Position numbers and translations under genes: made by a program. A stretch of 63,042 bases of DNA, counting the filler, from Hyphochytrium catenoides (Eukaryota > Protista > Hyphochytriomycota), in NCBI GenBank assembly GCA_900088475.1. It is 8 parts of 8 records of this genome, joined end to end, with 100 filler letters (N's around TTAATTAATTAA, not from the genome) between each part and the next. Parts side by side here need not be neighbours in the genome. Positions count along the whole stretch, not along the records: positions 24,592 to 46,252 come from FLMG01004578.1; 7 more parts are not named here. The stretch is one strand, 5' to 3'. Positions 25,852 through 38,049 of the stretch are shown piece after piece (the first letter of the stretch is position 1; the number at the start of each line of letters is the position of its first letter). Under the pieces are notes generated by a model. That model was not told where the DNA came from. It was given only the letters and a program-made list of their open reading frames with translations, and searched no databases.

Positions 25852-27234
25852 CTAGAGCTTCGTGACCATGTAAACCTCCTCCAAAAGCAGTTCTAAGCCC
25901 GAGCTTCTATGTCTCTCTTCTGTTACATCGGTCGTTTGGAGCTTGACCAGCTTGAAACGCTTTGAATCATAGAGTCGCCTCACCTATGGAAAGCCCTTCA
26001 GACATACAGTTAGTCCTGACTGGGCCGCTGGACGTACCTCACTCTCTGGAACGGTAAACGGGGGGCCATTCTTTACGGCTTCGGGAGTGCCCTTAGCTCT
26101 GACCAGTGTGACTAACAATATCTGACCGCCTGGCTTGAGAACGTCATGCTGCACTTGGACGTATTGTTCTCGGAGATCTGGTGATATCGCCACAAGAGAA
26201 GCCCTATCCCAAATCTGGTAAATCAATGGTTAAAAGCTGGCTCGGGTGTACTAACCACCAAGAGCCCAATCGTTACCTTGTCAACCTGCCCACTCAAGCT
26301 TTGCTTGTTGACCTCTACAGTGGTCACTTGTCAGTGCGACGATCAGTGCTAGGTGAGGTTAGATGGGAGCAGGTTTACCAAAGTAGTCTCCGATAAGCAA
26401 GGTCAAAGGAACCACCGCAGAGACCACTTTTTTGAACTTTGGAACGGGATCTGAGGATAGCTCTGAGGTATAAAGAAGAGCCAATGAAGGTTATCAGAGT
26501 CCAGCTCCGTAATCATCTTCAAATAATGTGCAGTTGAGAACATACGAAGCTTCAGCCAGTCATGATCCTTTCCAAGCTGTTCGATAGCTGTGGGGACACC
26601 TTCCACTCCAATCACTTCGCCAGCAGCTTTTTGGCAGGCCAAAAAGGGCAGATCCACAGTTTTGCCACAGAGCGGCACCAGGATGCGCTGGGACCTGAGA
26701 ACGAGGAGGGTTCTCAGTATTATCGTGCGTCTGTGATTGAAAGGAAACTGGAAAGTGAAGATACTTTACCTCTTGTCCACTGAGGAGGGCAGCCAAGCCT
26801 CCAGATACTTCTCCAACACGGGATTCACCGAAGGCTTATGCCAGCCGATGGTCCGATTAGCCCACATCCCCTGCCACCGCTGCGAGAGACCAGAAGAATG
26901 CACAGAGATGCTCAACCGCATTAGTCTAAAGTAGGGTTTGTACTCATCTCACCTCCAGTCTAGAGATTTCGCCTGCTTCTCCAGGAGCCGCCAAAGCAGT
27001 ATCGCTGCCATTCCGATCCACGGCGAGAAAGGTCCCCAGTGCCGCAAGGGCGGGTGCAAGCCACGCACGCTTGCCGTCAGGACCCGTGGCTGCGTTGCCT
27101 TCTCTCCATATTCCTCCGAAGGTATTGTGGCTGCTACTGGTGACGCTTCGAGAAGCAACCCTCAGGGTAGTGCAACAAGCAGTCTTGCGAGACCCATCGA
27201 GGGCTCTGAGTGACGACTTGAGGACTCTTCGCAT
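25852..27234 (-). CDS. TPMT: Thiopurine S-methyltransferase (TPMT)-family SAM methyltransferase with N-terminal extension, about 6 exons
   Basis: Exons encode RWQGMWANRTIGWHKPSVNPVLEKYL, PLCGKTVDLPFLA...VIGVE, IWDRASLVAISPDLREQY, LKPGGQILLVTL...GPPFTVPESEV|RRLY. All are TPMT-family hallmarks. Stop TAG at 25852-25854. Confidence 0.9.
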
Positions 27235-28350
27235 TGCTGTAGTTGGAAGACGGTAAACCGTAGAACGGCGCTGACTAACTTAGCAAAGAGCGTTGGGGAG
27301 AAAACGGCGATAGCTGATACCTCTCCTTCCTTGAAGTTATCCAAGCACACTCAATCGATCGTACCAGCGCTTCCTTCGCTGCTGCTTAGGATCGTGACCA
27401 CCGAGTACCGTGAACCGAAGAAAGTAGGTGGCTGCTCGCAGTAACCTCTTCCAATTGGTTCCAGCAGACTGCTGTTGACAGAGGTTGATCTTGTCCTAAT
27501 GAGCTAGCTAATGAGCTGCGATAATGTATAAAGTGCAAGCAGATGACGGGCTTGGAACCGAACATCAAGGAACCTCAATCGCCGATGAAGTCCAAAGGAT
27601 CGATGATCTTTCTGATTCTGAGGACCAGAGCGTCCAGGGGGAGCACTGGACAAGCCAATGACCTTCCTAAGAATCTCTTCAGATTTGAGATCTTCAGATC
27701 TTGTTCAGATCTTCATCTTCGGATCTCCAGGGATGATGATGCCAACAGGAACTAGGAGGAGGCCGGCAGCAGGACGCAGCGACGGCAAAAGTGACTTCAG
27801 CCTGAAGTCATTACCCGTCCTTAAACTTACATGTTTTGGAGGCGCTCCTGCACTTAGAAGATGCAATCGCTAAAAGGTTACGTGTAAGGAAAGGAGGCCG
27901 GGAACCGCCCAGTCGGTCCGATGTTGTGGTGCTCCACCTTATTGATCATTGTGAGGAGGGTGGTTTAGATATAATAGCGGCCTCAAAAGGAGCATTCGGA
28001 TGGTTTTGGTACTCATAAGAGTCACGCCACGTGAGCGACGTACTGAGTTAAAGCTGTCGTACGCACTGCATGCTAACCGTGTCTCCTGTCTTCTCCCAGT
28101 CTGTGGTTTTGTCTACCTCTCGGCATTGTTTCAGAAGACCACTGTCATCTCTGTTTATGGAGAGGAATGAGTCCCTTATTGCTTCTTGGACGTCAAGAAG
28201 ACTTTCCGCCATTCGTGGTGACGGTTGCTTCAAGCCTGCTAAAAACACAGCGCTAGTAGTCTCCTTTTTATACGAGTAGGGGTAGAGGAGACATAGGTTG
28301 ATGGGTCTGTTATAAATAAATAATAGCCCTGACAGAATGAGGGAAGCGAG

Positions 28351-30717
28351 CTAAAGAAACATAGAGCTCTGCCTGTACGTTTGCTCTCTTGGGCTGACAC
28401 CTTGGTCCTCATCAACTATTCTTAGCACAGCCTTCGAAGAGTCAAGACGCACAGACTTGATCGGTTCAAAGGCCACATACGGATTGTTCGCGCCAGTCCC
28501 TCCGGGACTAACCTCAAGATTTTCCTCACTCATCCGCCGAGTCCCTGAGGCGAGCTCACTTGTGACGGAAAGGAAAGTATCATTATTGGTAGACTCCATC
28601 CTCCTTCTGTGGTGAGAGATAATCGTTGAATCCTGCGGGCATTGGACTGCGGACAGTACGAGGGAATTGTTGACAAAAGACCCGCTGTTTAGGAAGCTGG
28701 AGTTCTTCCTCACGACTGCGCTGCCCTCGTAACAAGATGGACTGACGCCCAAGATGCCCTTGACGAGGTCGCTCTTTGTTTTCGTCGCCGTTGTTCGTGG
28801 TCCGCCCCAGGTGTTCGCTCTCCAAGTAATGATGGTGTAGAGCTCAAAGATCATAAAGATGATCGGTCCGACTATTCTATAAATTGGGTAGAAGAGAATG
28901 ATTCGCTTGTGACGCACCCTGGCAATATTAAGAACCAGGAAAGCCCAAGCGAGCACACCAGCAGCCAGGAAGGGGGTGAGCCAAAGGAGATTGGAGAACC
29001 TTCCCATAAGCACCTCCGCCGCTATGATGTACAGGAAGAGGACAGGAAGGCCGAGGAAGCGTACCATTCCTTGTAAGGCGACGCCTGGGGACCGCCACCA
29101 TAGCTTTGGAGAGGAGAAAACATACATGTCGTTTGTAACACCACCTAGGAACCATCGACGCCGTTGCTTCATGAGTGCCCAAAATGTGGGAACACCTTCA
29201 GTCTCACACCTAGCGAGGCTGCTATACCCTGTGGCGCCTCTCAGATGCGCCTCTTCAATGAATAAGTGTGTGAGGTATCGATCTTCGCCAAGGTGGACTC
29301 TAGCGTATTCAAAGCTGTCCCCTTGTCTTGTTTCTCGAGCAAAGTACTGGTCCGCTACCTGCTCCAATCCTTCAAATGTCATCATAGTCAATGCCCCGGG
29401 CAAGCATGTCACAAATCCCATGTAGTGTTCAAGGTTGCGCTTCAGTACCTGGCCCTCTATGTACTCCGCATCCTGCAGGGCGGTGAGTACGTTGTAGTTA
29501 CCCTTGGTCTTGCACATAATGAGCCCAGTAATAGCTATTGGCCGGCCCCTTCCTGTGCATGTCGATTCAGGGGCGCTCATGAAGTCATTCACAAAGAGGT
29601 GGATGGCATCCTTCTGGAGGACTATGTCAGAGTCTATGAAAAGGAGTAAAGGCTTCTCTGCCACGTTCGCCCATGTCTCCTGCAACAACTCAAAGGCACA
29701 TTTCTGGGCATGCCGCTTTCCTCCATGAGGGAATCGGCATATCGTCACTTGTACTCCTTGATAAGTAGTAGGAAATACAGCTGGAAAGATGGGTAGGTTC
29801 TTGTCTCCAAGCTTCTTTGACACCAGTGCCTCCTTGACGTGCCTTTGGACCTCCTTATCTGTCGCGGCCCCCCCGTCTCTTGACACAGTGAGCAAACTCT
29901 CCACGACTCCCGCGTAGACTTCTGTGATCTGATCGTCATCAAAAGCCAATAGCACTTGCACCTTGTCTTTGGGATATGTGGAGCCTACCGCACTATTTAC
30001 CGCTGCCATTAACGAAGGAAGAGGTTCATTGTAGATGGGCATCACAATAGTAACGCTAGGCAGCACCTGCCCTTTCTCCAGGTGATTTTCCATCTTCTTC
30101 ATGGNNNNNNNCACCATCCACTATCTTCAGCCAGTCTACCGTATCAAGGACCAAGTAGTATATGAAGAGAGTGTAGGGGGCGTAGACTATAATGAAGAAG
30201 CAGCAAAAGAAGCTCTGTAGACCCCGTGTCCGCCGAGCCACGGTCCCTGCCAGGTAGATATTCACCATGAACATCATAGCTCCGTACACAATGGCAAGGG
30301 TCAGCAGTGCGAATAGAGTGACCGAACTTGTCCATTCTAACGTAGTGACAGCGGCAGCTAGAATCGGTGGTGGAGCAGATGCTGGGCCAAAGAGAGGGAA
30401 GGCGGGAGAGTCAAGTTATTTTAGCGGCGGGGAAGGATAATATAGATCATTTGCGGATAATAACGTACTTGGGACTCGGGATGGCCTGGGAGTCACGTTT
30501 GGCGGATTTGTGGCATAATTGACGAGGAGCCTAAAGTGATGATGGTCACCCATGACGCCAACAAAGCTGCCGCCGTAACTTCAGCCAGAGGCCGGGGCTT
30601 TGACCTGCTGAACTCTCGTGCTTTGTAGTAGAGGAGATGAAGACGAGAAGCAGTGTGTCTCTCTGGACCTTCTAAAAATGCCAATAACGCGGTTCTTTAG
30701 GAGCTTCTGGAGATCTA
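28351..30717 (-). CDS. Chitin synthase (GT2), resembling fungal class VI/ChsD; 5' end uncertain
   Basis: Motifs IVMPIYNEP, HGGKRHAQK, LLFIDSD, LQDAEY..GQ, VTCLPGALT, HLGEDRYLTHLF, KQRRRWFLG and C-terminal TM helices ending TWGGPR. N-terminal TM exons at ~30112-30360 and ~30497-30717. A short N gap at ~30105 interrupts the frame. Confidence 0.92.
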
Positions 30718-31679
30718 CGGTGAAGAAAAGCGGCAGCTGTTGAGGCAGAAGAAGGCTCTGAGGAAGCAATGCTTTCAGCACTGTGTTGTGACACGTAAGA
30801 TGCCTGAACCGATTGGGTGCATTGAACAAGGACTGATGGGCTGCATCGAACCCTCTCCTTTACAGAACTTCCGAAGCTCTCTCTTCTTTTCTTCTTCATG
30901 GTGAGCTCTTGGCTCCTCATCTCTTGCAGCATACCTCCATTCACTACTACTACTAGGGACCTGATGGTTGTCTCAAGCTTCATCATCATCAAGGTTCATC
31001 ACTTTGTGGCAACTTGTCCATCCTCTTTGGCCATCGATTGGCCATCAGCTGGTCAGTGGAGTGAGGCCAACAATGGATCCTTCCGCCACTCATGGCATTG
31101 GAAGTGAATCTCTACCAAACGTGGAAAAAATCTGCGGAACGGGCGGACATTAGTCAGATGTCAGTTCCTCCCCACCTCCTGCAGCAGCACTATCTCTCAA
31201 TGGACTCTGTCTCGCTGCATCCCTCCTCACCTTTGTAGGTATTTCCATGAACTGGCCCATCTGATAACCATCTGATATTTATCTCGCGAGGCTCTGTCTG
31301 GTCTGTATCTTTCTTGCCATCAATCTTTTCATTGCCCTTTGGACTAAAAACATGCCATCAAAACCTGTGCCTTTTGGTCATCTCCGTCTAAAGTCTAGTA
31401 ATAAATAGAACTAGAACTAGAACCTGTAATAGAGGGATAAATCTATGGAGAAATAGCAGGCTTTGTGGCTAGACGGATGACGGTTTTTTGGGGGATGGCT
31501 TGGTGGCCCCTTGTTGCCCCTTCCAAGAGCCACGTTACTGTCCCTTATCGGCAGATATAGAAGATGACAGAGCTCTGCAGTACATTACCTTAGAGCAAAC
31601 ATCTCACAGAACACAGATTATCCTTATCAAAAATTCGTGTGCAGCAGTTGGACCGCCCCGTTCTTGCTTTGCATGATGG

Positions 31680-32880
31680 AGCGCGATGATGATGTTGGTC
31701 TCGGCGCTACGGCCCTTTCTTCTTCTCCCCTCCGTCTCCTATCATCATTATTGCAGAAGAGTTCAACTATGATTCTTCTTCCTTTTCTGACATTGAGGTC
31801 GGGTGGTGGAGGTGGAGGAGAACGTGTAGAAGATCTAATAGTCCAGGGCTTTGCAGCTCTCGTCTCCTCTTCATTTTTCTTCTTCTCCTTCTTTTTCCTC
31901 CTGCTCCTTCTTCTTCTTCATTCACTTCTTCTTATTTAGTTAGTTATAAAGTGTTAGTTATAAAGTGGTAGTAGAAGAAAAGACCATAATCCACAAAAGT
32001 AGATTCTTTTTGGCTGAGTAAGAAGAAGTGAAAGAAGAAGAGGAAGACTAAAGAGGAGGATAAGAAGAAGGAGGAGAAGGAGAAGGAGAAGAAATGAAGA
32101 GGAAACGAGAGCAACAAAGCACCCTGGAGACGGGAGCTACAAAGCCTGGACTCGTCGTAGGGTAATTTTTGATAATAGTTCTCAAGATTTACTAACTACT
32201 AACTAAAGAGTAAGAAAAAGAAGGGGAAGAAGAAGAAGAAGACGACTGGGAAGAAGATGAAGAAGAAGGAGAAGAAGAGACAAGAGCTACAAGGTCCTGG
32301 ACTCTTCAACACGCTCTCCTCCTCTACCATCAGTATCGGAAAGGGGAGAAACAAGATTCATGGTTGAATTCCTCGGCAATTACGAATAGGAGAAGAACGA
32401 GGAGGAGAAGAAGAGGACGGAGCACCGAGACCATCATCATCATCGAATTGAGGCCTTACTCAGAAGGAGGAGACGAAGAAGAAGGAGGAAAACGAGATGA
32501 AGAAGAAGGGAAGAAGACGGAGGAGCAAAGTGAAGATGAAGGGAGAAGAAGAAGAGGAAGAAGAAGAAGAGACAAGAGCTACAAAGCGTTGGTTCCTTCT
32601 CCCAGCTCTGTCTTCTTCTCCACTCTCGTTATCAGAAAAATTCAAAAGTTTAGGGTAAATATTGAATTATTAGGTACTACCGCTACTACTGAGAGAAGGA
32701 GAAGAAGGAGGACGAACGAAGGCGAAGAAGAAAAAGAAGAAGAAGAGACAAGAGCTCATCTCCACCATCGTTATTGAAAGAGAAAGAGTCATTATAGTTG
32801 AATTCCTCAGCAATAGCGATAGGAGAAGAAGGAAGAGAAAATGAAGGGCCGAGACCATAATAATCACGTTTGGCAAGGCA
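31680..32880. repeat. Degenerate ~250-300-nt repeat, one forward and at least two inverted copies, with (GAA)n tracts
   Basis: GAGAC(A/G)AGAGCTACAA motif at ~32128, ~32278, ~32569 and inverted at ~31845-31867. GTTGAATTCCTC.GCAAT and CCGAGACCAT recur at ~32363/32797 and ~32424/32849, and inverted at ~31690-31770. Confidence 0.7.
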
Positions 32881-32949
32881 AGCAAGACAAGGGTCCATAA
32901 TCCTGAAGAAGAATGCGCTCCACACTCTGAGCCGCATTTTCTTCATAGA

Positions 32950-33560
32950 GGCCGAAAAGAGACCGTTGTGTGAAGACTCAAAGCCATCTCAATAATAGAG
33001 ATCAATGACCATGACGGTGGGAAGCATCAAGTGAGGAGCGATCACATTGGAGCTTCACAAGCTGGTGCACACAGCAAAGGACACGAGGCATAGCTCCTCC
33101 CAAACCTCCCCGACGAGAGGGACAAACTGCACCCCTACACGCTGACTGACTGCAGCGAGCCTCATAATATTTTCTCAACCTGTAGTTGTCTGACAAACGA
33201 CCCTGATAGTCGGCATGGACTGCTGCAAGGGTTCTGCATTGCAGGGAGTCCGTGATGAAGAATCCATCAGAAGCCTTGTGCTGAACAGTGGTTCAAACGC
33301 CGCGAACCAATCAATCTCCAGGCTTCTGAATGGAGTCGCCCAGGAAGGAGGAGGTTGACGATGAGCTTTACGAAAGACCTCCAGGCTTCTGAATGGAGTC
33401 GCCCAGGAAGGCATGAAAGATAGAGGATCGATGCTGTCTTGAACGCGACGATGACGTTGGTTATTAGCACCACCCCCACCCCACAGACTGAGCCACGATC
33501 TCCGAAGGCATCCGCCATTGTTTTTTGGACTGGATAAAAAGAGCGCCCCCACCTGCTCAG
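32950..33560 (-). pseudogene. Decayed ORF relic, possibly transposase-like
   Basis: Fragments AFGDRGS and LPGRLHSEAWR (internally duplicated) loosely recall GD and PG..H motifs of DUF6589-like proteins. Multiple stops. Confidence 0.2.
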
Positions 33561-34882
33561 TTTGAATTGAGAGATGATGAAGTTGCTTCTATTTATTGAC
33601 GATATAAAATAAGGCCAATGAAGTAGTAGGACTCCCCTAGTCCTACTACTTCGGCAGATAATAAGGAAAGAACACATATTAGAAGAAGAGGAGGAAGATG
33701 CCACAGCTACAAAGTCTTGTTGGTCTCTTCACAGCTCTGTTATCTTATGGAATACTCCTCTTGATTTATAACTGACCCTCACCAATAATAAGAGCAGGAG
33801 AGGGAAGAAAGGACACCAATAATCAAGACGACCATCTCCACCACTCGGTACCAGACAAACAAGAGGATTATTATCATCAGCCATTGTACCGTTACTATTC
33901 AGGGTCCTGCCATGCAAAGACGGCATAGTAGTAAATCATCAAGAATCATTCACTACCAACTTGCCCAACCGCCTTACAAGAAGCCAGCAAGCCTTACAGA
34001 TGTACTCATGACGACCCTCTTCTTCTTAGCTGTCAGGCTGGTGGCAGCTGGCACTTTCCTCTATATTTGTCAGTTTAACACACTACCAGTGGCGACACTA
34101 GCCGACACTAGAACTACTATTACTAAGGGCCGTAGTCAGCAGAATGCCATATGAGGGTTGAGATCCCTGGGCATTATTATGCCAAGTTCATGAGTAGTAA
34201 GTAGTTGAGCCGATGTAACGCCTCGCTCCTCGCTTTGCTATGCCTCTTCTCCTGCACCTTCGGCTACTAGCCAGCTGCTGCTCCGCCATCTGTTTGCTCG
34301 CCACCTCCTCTAAAGGCTAGGTACCTGCTCCTGTTCCCTCTGTCCTATTATTCTTTATCGCTGTCTCTTCTTTCAATGCTGTCTTCTGGCCTCCTCCGCC
34401 ATGGACTGCGACGTCTTCTCGTTCGCCAGAGGAGTCGGTTTCTTCTTGTTACCTGCAGATCTTTCTCCTGGTCTTTTCCAGCTCATCCTCACTTCTTTCA
34501 GCTCCCATCACCGCACCTGCTGCTGCTGTACTGCTGCTGCTCACGAAGCGCGGTCTCCTTAAAATGCCGCCATCCCTTCTCCCTGGCTACACATCCTCAG
34601 GCTCTCTGCGTTAGTGAGCTCATAGAGTATCGAACAAGCACCGATCTTTGGATCTCCCAGAAATTGACGGTGAGAGGTAGCACCTTCTAATCCAGCTAGA
34701 CCACACCGATCGACGCCGTTCTCATAGAGCTGATAAGGGTGCGACCATGACCTAGCGAAAGAGTTCTAGTCTAGCGCGTTCATCCCGAGAACGCGAGCCC
34801 ACCAAACGAACAGCTAGTACGATTCGAACGAGATCATAGCATTGCCAGCAGGAAGCTTCCTACGTCTTCGTAGACAACAAAG

Positions 34883-35944
34883 ATGACAACCTGCTCCGGC
34901 TGTGGAACTCAGTACAAGTTTCCGGCCGCTAAGTTCTGCAGCAATTGTGGCGCCCCCAACTCTTCCCTTAAGCCAATTTCAGGACCGCCGATATCTAGTG
35001 TTCAAGTTGCTCCTGAACCAGCCTCTTCACCCCCCATCGATGGTCCTGTATGCTACCCAAATCCACCTGCGCAGGGTTCTCCAGTAGCAGGAGTTCAAGT
35101 CAACAACGTGGAGCCACCTATGGCTACTGCCGCAGTAATTCCTGGAGCAACTAGTTACGCTTACGGGGCATCAGGATATTATGGACCTCTACCTTCTGCT
35201 TCTGTGGCTCCAGCACCGAATTATGGCTACCCTGGAACGCCACCAACGGGGATTCCTGTAGCAGCACCAGTAGCCAACTATGCTTATGGCTACCCAGGTC
35301 CACCGCCAGTAGCCACTCCGGCTGGCATGTCTACACTCGCTGCTCCAGGTTATGGTTATGCTGCTACACCAAATGGTATGATCCAGACACCACCCGCAGC
35401 GGTGAACAGCACGACATACGTATATTATCCTGCCCAAGTTTCTAATGGATCAGGCGCTAACCCTCTAGATAGTAAAGGCTTTCCTCTTCCTTGGCATCGT
35501 TTCTGGAGAGCAGACATCTGTGACTGCCTCTCACAACTTGTCCCGAACTGTCTTATGGCAAGCTTTTTCCCCTGTATCACATACGCCCAGATCAATGCCA
35601 GACTTGGCCTCCGTACGTACCAGACTTCTCTCTTTATCTCTTTCGGCCTTTGGGTGGGCATTCTGCTATTTAGCAGCCTTGAAGAAGCTTCGGCAAATGG
35701 CCCAGACTTTGGGGCAAAGCTTTTTAGGTTGCTTACAATCCTTTGCACTGGAATATGGGTTCTCTTTACTGGCTTACAGAGAAGAGCAGTACGCAAAATC
35801 CTTCATCTTCCCGGAAGTAAACGCAGTGATTGCTGGTGCACCATCTGCTGCAATATGTGTTCCTTGGCTCAACTCGCTACTCAGACGGGAAGCTATAAAC
35901 CTGGAGAATGCAACTTCGCCGCCCCGCCACTGGCGCCACGATAA
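34883..35944 (+). CDS. PLAC8-family protein with N-terminal zinc ribbon and Pro/Tyr-rich linker (paralogue 1)
   Basis: Intronless 353 aa. CSGC...KFCSNCG zinc ribbon. WRADICDC...PNCLMASFFPCITYAQINARLG...LPGSKRSDCWCTICCNMCSLAQLATQ is a PLAC8 domain. Confidence 0.9.
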   Translation: MTTCSGCGTQYKFPAAKFCSNCGAPNSSLKPISGPPISSVQVAPEPASSPPIDGPVCYPNPPAQGSPVAGVQVNNVEPPMATAAVIPGATSYAYGASGYYGPLPSASVAPAPNYGYPGTPPTGIPVAAPVANYAYGYPGPPPVATPAGMSTLAAPGYGYAATPNGMIQTPPAAVNSTTYVYYPAQVSNGSGANPLDSKGFPLPWHRFWRADICDCLSQLVPNCLMASFFPCITYAQINARLGLRTYQTSLFISFGLWVGILLFSSLEEASANGPDFGAKLFRLLTILCTGIWVLFTGLQRRAVRKILHLPGSKRSDCWCTICCNMCSLAQLATQTGSYKPGECNFAAPPLAPR

Positions 35945-38049
35945 CGCGCCGCGGATCTTAGAACCGTTATGTTGTTGGTGCAAGGTTGTGCCACAGCATG
36001 GAAGACCTTGTGGGCACAGTGCCAGCTGGATGATGAGAAGCTAGACATGTAAGGGACCATAAAGAGCTTAGCTGTACCATGACAGTTCTTGTCAAACAAT
36101 AAAATTTAGACTCGCTAATCCCCTGATTCTCTTCGTGAGATGTTGACGTCTAGGGAGTGGCTCTCCCATTGGACATTGAGATCCATTCTGTAGTTAGTGC
36201 CTTGATAGAATATTCTAGTGCCGACCAAGTGCTGCCAATAACGTTGGTGGACTACTGCTATCCGGATTGAAAGAAAAAGTAGCAAGAAACTTGCGTGTCT
36301 TGTTACGCTTGCCATGTTCATGACCCACTTTCTACATGGTGGACACCAGCATCAGAAGAAAGAACCATCTTTTCTTTTAACGTTGCTTCTCTGCATTTAG
36401 CTGCAGCTCCCCAACCTGTAGTGTATTAAAGCCCTTATGACAGGAGGCAGGTCTAGCAGGCATCGTGCTGATTAGAAGGTCGGGAGACAGCGGTGCGATA
36501 TCATGAAGAATCAAGCTGCTTCCTTCCCTATAAAAATTATATAGCTTCCTACCAGCAAAAAGAAGCCGATCATGCGGATGCTACTTGTACATCCTGTACC
36601 CACTAGCTAAAAAATACTCGTAGTCACCGCATTAGCGTCGAAGAAAATGCAGTGTGGCAGCAATCCGCATAGCAGATAGCACTTTGCCAGCACTCATCCC
36701 CCGTCTGTGACATGACTCGGGAGCTATACCCAGAAGATACTCTGACGCTGTTCTAGTCTTTCCAGACTCCGCTGCTTGTCAGGAAGAACCTCCTCAGAGG
36801 AGAGGATTACCTACTACATCGTCTGCGGCACTTCTTTCTTTGCTCTTCACCACCACTCATTACCTCCCTTTATCACTGCGATCGCGAACTCTGCCAAAGC
36901 TTCAAGCCCCTTGGCTTCCGTCTTCCGCGGACGCTGCTGCTGCAGGCGCCATTCAGGACTCCTGACTACTATCGAATAGAGGTTCACCTGCTTCTCTATG
37001 GGCACAGACGGTCATGGCTCAGAACGTTGGACAAGCCTGACAGTCCGTTACTCAAATCAACCTTCAGAACCACCACTCAGCCATCCTCCAGGAGTACAAG
37101 AGAAAAGGAAGGTTCTTGGTGCTCTTTCTCTGTCTCTCTTTCGCATTTTCTCTCTCTCTGCTCTCTGTCTCCGCCTCTCTCTCTATCTCTGTCTGTTCCT
37201 GTGTCTCTCTCACTCTTCTGTGTCTGTCTCTCGCTCTCTCCCTTTCAGTTTCCTTACACCCTCCTGGGGGATGGCTGAACGATGGTTCTGATTGAGGAGG
37301 AAGTGTTTGTAACGGACGCCGAGGATGGTGAAGGCTTGCCCTTAACCTTCTCTGCCACATCCGCCTCTGCCCATCCCGCAGCCTGTAGGACGAGCGACTC
37401 AAGGCTAGTCCTCTTCCTGCTCCTGTCTCCAAAGAACAGTGCTTGGTTCCTAAGTCTGTCTCTGTCAAGCTCTCGCTATTTCTGTCTATTTCCTCTGTGA
37501 TTGGTGTCTCTCCTTGATTACGTCGGCTCCCTTCCACATCATCTTTTACCGCGTACTCCTTGGTCACCCACTTCCTAGCTATCCTATCTCAGCCATGCTT
37601 CCAAACCTAGTCCGCCTCCCTCTTTTTGCTCTCTCTCTTTCCTCGAGCTTGTCTGTTTCCTCTTAGCCAGGGAGTGTGCCGCTGTCTATTTTTGCCTCCA
37701 TCAAGTCGTTGGACCCTCGACGCTGCAAATAGCAAACGATTTCCAAGTAGTCCGTGAACCCTCTGTCTCATGTATGACAAACCGGGCCTCCTCCCTCACC
37801 TCTCCTTTCCCCATCTCCTTCATGTCTTCTCCTTTTCTTCTCCGTGCGTATTGTCGCACGAGGTTCTTCCCTTTAGTGACGACGAGGGTTCCCATGTGCA
37901 GATGGCTCACGAGACTATTCCTCTGCTACGATCCCGCAGCATTAGTGAATACTCTTCGCATCACGACAGTACACTAGCTTCATAGCATAAGCCTTTGAAT
38001 AAGAGCTCCAGGGACAAGTGCTGGCTTACTAGTTCGAGCTTTGGGACAA

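Noticed and set aside
30100-30115. Apparent frameshift in the chitin synthase
   Set aside because: Coincides with an N gap of uncertain true length; no evidence of pseudogenisation.
33316-33411. Exact 33-nt direct repeat with a 30-nt spacer (CRISPR-like geometry)
   Set aside because: Only two copies, no cas genes, eukaryotic context; best explained as a local duplication in a decayed ORF.
34620-34712. tRNA-like boxes on the minus strand (TGGTCTAGCTGG, CTCTCAC, GTTCGAT)
   Set aside because: Acceptor and anticodon stems do not pair and spacing is wrong; at most a tRNA-derived relic.
36998-37910. ORFs between the two PLAC8 genes
   Set aside because: Partly microsatellite-derived, no domain, no clear splice pattern.
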